A stretch of DNA of 64,000 nucleotides, taken from contig CATNEN010000033.1 of assembly GCA_950097015.1 (NCBI GenBank), positions 3,038,001 to 3,102,000 on the forward strand, read 5' to 3'. Below, one piece after another: positions 59,706-64,000 of this stretch; within the stretch, counting starts at the first letter, position 1, and each line of letters starts with the position of its first letter. The DNA comes from Macrostomum hystrix. Taxonomy: Eukaryota; Animalia; Platyhelminthes. The position numbers and the translations under genes were made by a program. The notes under the pieces were generated by a model, which saw only the letters and a list, made by a program, of their open reading frames with translations, was not told the origin of the DNA and did not search any database.

Positions 59706-60140
59706 ATGTCATTCATTGCCCATCAGATGCAGTTAGTGCAAATGTATCTTCAGCCGCGCGTATTTCAACTCTTTCTCAGCTGTCGCATAGATTGCATTGG
59801 CCGGTTCATAGCGCATCGAGGGTGCTTCGAGCAGCTACCTAGTTTGCAGCGCGGTGTTCCAAATGCTGAGTATAGCGCTAATGAGTTATGTTTAATTTTA
59901 CGGCGCACTCCAGAATGGCTGCAACAGCACCGGTCAGCAGAAGACTACAAGGCTGTCCTGTTCGTGACTGGTATAATAGACGATGAAGCACAAGACATCA
60001 TCGAAGTGCTAGAGCTTCTTGAGGACGCCCAAGCTGAACTCCAGCTCATCATACATGGAGTTCGCTACTGGATGACTATCCAACAAAGGGAACGTCTAAA
60101 AGCGAGGCTTCGGGACCGGCAAAATGTGATCGAACAATGA
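59706..60140 (+). CDS. ORF C2, orphan helical protein, 144 aa
   Basis: Complete ATG-to-stop ORF; paralogue at 47310-47745. Confidence 0.7.
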   Translation: MSFIAHQMQLVQMYLQPRVFQLFLSCRIDCIGRFIAHRGCFEQLPSLQRGVPNAEYSANELCLILRRTPEWLQQHRSAEDYKAVLFVTGIIDDEAQDIIEVLELLEDAQAELQLIIHGVRYWMTIQQRERLKARLRDRQNVIEQ

Positions 60141-60606
60141 ATATTTTAAAAGTACAGAATTTCTACAGAATGTTATTCTTTATAGTTTACATTTTTATTT
60201 TTGCTCTTGCGACTTTACAACTGTACCACAAATTATACAATAAAATGATTTAAATGATTTAAATTAATTGACATAATAAATGGCGAAATATAAATAATAA
60301 CCGATTGACTACCTGCACACATCTTTGTTCGCGTATTAATATTTTATTACTGACTGATCTTATCAGTCATCTGAGTATGGTTAATGGTGATAGTGACGGC
60401 AAACTGTCTTATGCTTTGAATATATATACCACGTACATGATCGAGAGCTAGTGTATGTAAAAGTACTTTAAAACTTTTGCAGGCATCATGCACTGTCGAC
60501 TTTGAATAATCAGATGTATTAATCAAATACATGAAACTTCTAATTATATTAATCAGTTAATTAATTTCATTACAAGTAATGGCAACAGTGCTTAACAAAA
60601 GAATTG

Positions 60607-61065
60607 CTACATGTCATTCAAATCTGGGTTATTTGCAGCACGATTGGCATCGCCGCGCTCTCTTTCAGTGCCAGTGCCGCCATTGTTGATGCTGCTGCTG
60701 CTACTGCTTATAATTGGTGACTGTATATCGGTCACTTGCGCATGCTGCGGCAGTTGCAATTGGCCGGCTAAATCACGTGTCGGATTGGCATTCACAATTC
60801 CAAATCTCTGATTGTAAATGCGCACGACACCTGGACGATGCAATACGTACTGAACACGTTGACGTGAAGGCAGAATAGCAAAATCAGATTCTGAACTACT
60901 ATCCGAGCTGTGCCTTCGTCGACGTCGCTCAGTGGTGCCAATCACGACATCCGTGCTGCTACTGACGGTAGGGCACGAGATCGGTTTGTCGTTGCCAGAG
61001 TTGTGATCCTCTCTGTCGATATCTCGTTGATCTCCGCCATTGTGCCGCCCACCCATGAATGACAT
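60607..61065 (-). CDS. ORF D, 152 aa, RRRRRHSS/acidic Ser patch, unknown
   Basis: ATG-to-stop ORF in a GC-richer island. Confidence 0.5.
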   Translation of the reverse strand: MSFMGGRHNGGDQRDIDREDHNSGNDKPISCPTVSSSTDVVIGTTERRRRRHSSDSSSESDFAILPSRQRVQYVLHRPGVVRIYNQRFGIVNANPTRDLAGQLQLPQHAQVTDIQSPIISSSSSSINNGGTGTERERGDANRAANNPDLNDM

Positions 61066-61248
61066 GTTGTAGTTTTTTTATTTGAAACAATAATTAAGAA
61101 TCTAAAATGTGTAAATAAGTTACGCCACTTACCTTAGTAAAGTAACCAACTAAAAACCCTATTGCTAGTCTATGGTAACAAGCTTGCTGATAATCTTATG
61201 TTATTAAGAATATGCTGCAATCAATGCAGTTGAAACTTTGGACAATTA

Positions 61249-61863
61249 ATGAAGTGGATAAAACAAGTCCAACATTTTAAATACTGCCCCCATTGTCTCG
61301 CCATGCCTACATCAACATCATCATCAGGGCCAACTCTAAACGATGCGGAAAAATCCAACTGTCACGACGATGACGTTGAGCTGAATGAAGAGCCAGGCTA
61401 TGATGACTACGGGTATGATGAAACATACAATTCAACATACAGTTTTGTATTCGGCCTGGCAGACGACCATTTGTTATACGCCGTAGCTGAAGAGGTCGAA
61501 GCGGCGATGGCAGCCAATTGCTTTGACCCAGCTGATGACGAGCTTTTGTATGCAGCAGCTGAAGAGGGGGAGGCGTCAGCAGCAGCGGCAGCGACGGCAG
61601 CCAGTAGCTGTTTATTTGACCCAGCTGATGACGAGCTTTTGTATGCAGCAGCTGAAGAGGCGGAGGCGTCAGCAGCAGCGGCAGCGATGGCAGCCAGTAG
61701 CTGCTTGTTTGACCCAGCTGATGACGAGCTTTTGTATGTCGCAGCTGAAGAGGCGGAGGCGTCAGCAGCAGCGGCAGCGATGGCAGCCAGTAGCTGTTTA
61801 TTTGACCCAGCTGACGACTGCCTATTGTATGCCGCAGCTGAAGAGGCGGAGGCATACGTTTGA
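61249..61863 (+). CDS. ORF E, acidic protein with 5 DDxLLYxxAEExE motifs (93-bp repeat unit)
   Basis: GACCCAGCTGA starts at 61525, 61618, 61711 and 61804; frame preserved. Confidence 0.65.
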   Translation: MKWIKQVQHFKYCPHCLAMPTSTSSSGPTLNDAEKSNCHDDDVELNEEPGYDDYGYDETYNSTYSFVFGLADDHLLYAVAEEVEAAMAANCFDPADDELLYAAAEEGEASAAAAATAASSCLFDPADDELLYAAAEEAEASAAAAAMAASSCLFDPADDELLYVAAEEAEASAAAAAMAASSCLFDPADDCLLYAAAEEAEAYV

Positions 61864-62259
61864 AATTATATTATAAAATAATGCAGAAACTATGATTCAT
61901 TACAGTTATTTTATAAATAAAGCCTCTGATTATCATAACGATTTGATATACATATTGGTGTTGTTTTGTTAGTGATTGAAAATACACTAATCTTTTCGTG
62001 AAAATACCATCACCAACAATCATAAGCACAAACGTAAGCATTATTGTTTGTATTTTTTTTGTTTGTAAACGTTCATATTATTTTAATACTCAAAGCAATT
62101 TCGCATAAATACAGCAGTTTGTATTTGTTTTAGAACATGTTCTTTCGGAAAAATATGTTCATCATCGTATCGTTAGTATTTTTGCAAAAAAACTGTCATT
62201 ATTTTTCATTCACAGGTATTCAATACAATATATAGATAGTATATAGTCTTTTCGCGAAA

Positions 62260-62900
62260 AAATGCACTCATGACTCTTGGCAATTTGCAGAAATACTAAA
62301 TACTAACTTAGTCTAATAATATGCATGTATTTTCGCGAAAATACCTTAAGATATAGCCACGCATATAACCTACTTTAATAACTTTTGCAAAAATACCGCC
62401 AACTACCTTTGTTTAATAGCATAGCAGTATTTTCGCGAAAATACCTTAAGATATAGCCACGCACACAACTTCAAGAACTTTTGCAAAAATACCGCCAACT
62501 ATCTTTGTTTAATAGCATAGCAGTATTTTCGCGAAAATACCTTAAGATATAGCCACGCATATAACCTACTTTAATAACTTTTGCAAAAATACAGCCAACT
62601 ACCTTTGTTTAATAGCATAGCAGTATTTTCGCGAAAATACCTTAAGATGTAGCCATGCACACTACTTTAATAACTTTTGCAAAAATACCGCAAACTACCT
62701 TTACTACCTGCGTTTAATAGGATAGCAGTATTTTCGCGAAAATACCATAATATGTAGCCATGCACACTACTTTAAGAACTTTTGCAAAAATACCGCCAAC
62801 TACCTTTGTTTAATAGCATAGCAGTATTTTCGCGAAAATACCATAATATGTAGCCATTCACACTACTTTAAGAACTTTTGCAAAAATACCGCTATTTACT
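62260..62900. repeat. Palindromic ~96-100-bp repeat array 4 (~6 units)
   Basis: Same family as arrays 1-3. Confidence 0.92.
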
Positions 62901-63275
62901 TTCGGATAAAAGTCGTTATTTTATTTTCGCGATAACACCTATAAATGAATTTTATTAATTAATACTTTGACACTTTGCATATACCTTCGTTTGAATGCTT
63001 AATACTATATATAGTAATAAGAAATATGATTTTTTTGCAACAGAAGTAGCAATTACCTACTTCACAACAATAAAAGCTCAAAACTGAGCATATAAATTGA
63101 TTTTATTTGTATGACTAATTATAAAATTGCATACAAAAACAGTATGAAACAGTAAAAAATATAAAAAAACAGCTGAAAGACTGACTGAATGACCGAGTAA
63201 AAATATAGTCGATAAAATAGCAGCATGCAGGCAGTTTGGTGTAAAAAAAACCTGCTAGCAGCACCTGCTTGTCGC

Positions 63276-63894
63276 TCATACTCGCCGGTCCGGGTGATCG
63301 CCAAACACATTGCGTATTGGGTGGCATTGTCCATCGCATTGGTAGTCGGGCTTGAGAGAATGACCAACGAAGATGGAAACTACCGGACGCTTGTGCCCAT
63401 CAGGTGTCGGTTCTAATCGGCGCTGAAAGTCCTCCGAATACGCACTGACCGGAGCATGCCCAGCAAGCACTAATAGTCGATCGAGCCAAGAGACGTGTCG
63501 AATAGCCTTGTATTTGGCATTGACTTCAAAAGTGTCTCCATTGATCAATCGAAGTAGTGTGCACATGACTTCAGATGAGTCATCAAACAGATTCGGGCGT
63601 AGCTCGTCAATAAACATGGCAGTGTGTATAGTCTCGCAGAGCTTGTCAAACAGAAACGTGTTAGACCGCTTCTGCACCTGGACAGTCAGCACCTTCGTAG
63701 AACCGAGATGGCTTTGCACAGAGTGTGTCTTCCCAACGCCAGACGGGCCGTATAGATAGACGACACCAGTTGGCGATTGTAACGCTCTGCACACAGCCTT
63801 TACTGTTGGGCACACGTTAGTGGCGGCGATCAACCGGGGAACATGAGCGACGGCGGCATCAGGAAATTGGACAGCATCAGCAGCAGCAGGGACC
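63276..63894 (-). CDS. Superfamily 3 helicase domain (Rep/NS1-like), last exon of a spliced gene whose 5' part lies beyond the window
   Basis: Walker A LYGPSGVGKT, Walker B AMFIDEL, LLRLINGDTFEVNAKY, motif C region LVLAGH, arginine finger FQRRL; CAACAG acceptor at ~63895-63897. Confidence 0.8.
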
Positions 63895-64000
63895 TGTTGG
63901 ATGGTAGGTAGTTTTGCATATAATTAATTAATTGTCGATTGAGTTAATAATTTTTTGATTCAAAGGAACAGCAAAAATTCAATGATCAATACTTATAAGT

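Larger units (their letters stand above)
41950..64000. mobile_element. Large virus-like or Crypton-like modular element (tyrosine recombinase, zinc-finger ORFs, palindromic repeat arrays, SF3 helicase); right end outside window
   Basis: Same palindromic repeat family throughout; tandem units ~41950-50367 and ~50540-57607; no recognisable host genes; YR and SF3 motifs. Confidence 0.6.

Overview
Eukaryotic (animal) genomic DNA with GT-AG introns, GC-rich exons and intronic minisatellites; the style suggests a flatworm such as Macrostomum (inference only). The first 41 kb holds host-type genes: a 4-exon CCDC60-like gene, a secreted PAN/apple + LamG-like gene with a partial frameshifted duplicate, an intronless otopetrin and an unknown 2-exon gene. 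It also holds many tandem repeats and three structurally complete DNA transposons: a CMC/EnSpm element (CCC...GGG ends, AT target-site duplication), a Foldback/Mutator-like element (9-bp TSD, inverted 178-bp arrays) and a DD34D mariner with ~200-bp TIRs. From ~41.9 kb to the window end lies the most unusual region, a modular virus-like or Crypton-like element. It has two tandem copies of a cassette (zinc-finger ORF, spliced tyrosine recombinase, second zinc-finger paralogue) separated by arrays of ~100-bp repeats carrying a perfect 18-bp palindrome (GTATTTTCGCGAAAATAC). These are followed by hairpin cassettes, small orphan ORFs, an acidic-repeat protein and a spliced SF3 (Rep/NS1-type) helicase exon that continues beyond the window. 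No capsid, DNA polymerase or HUH nuclease is visible inside the window.
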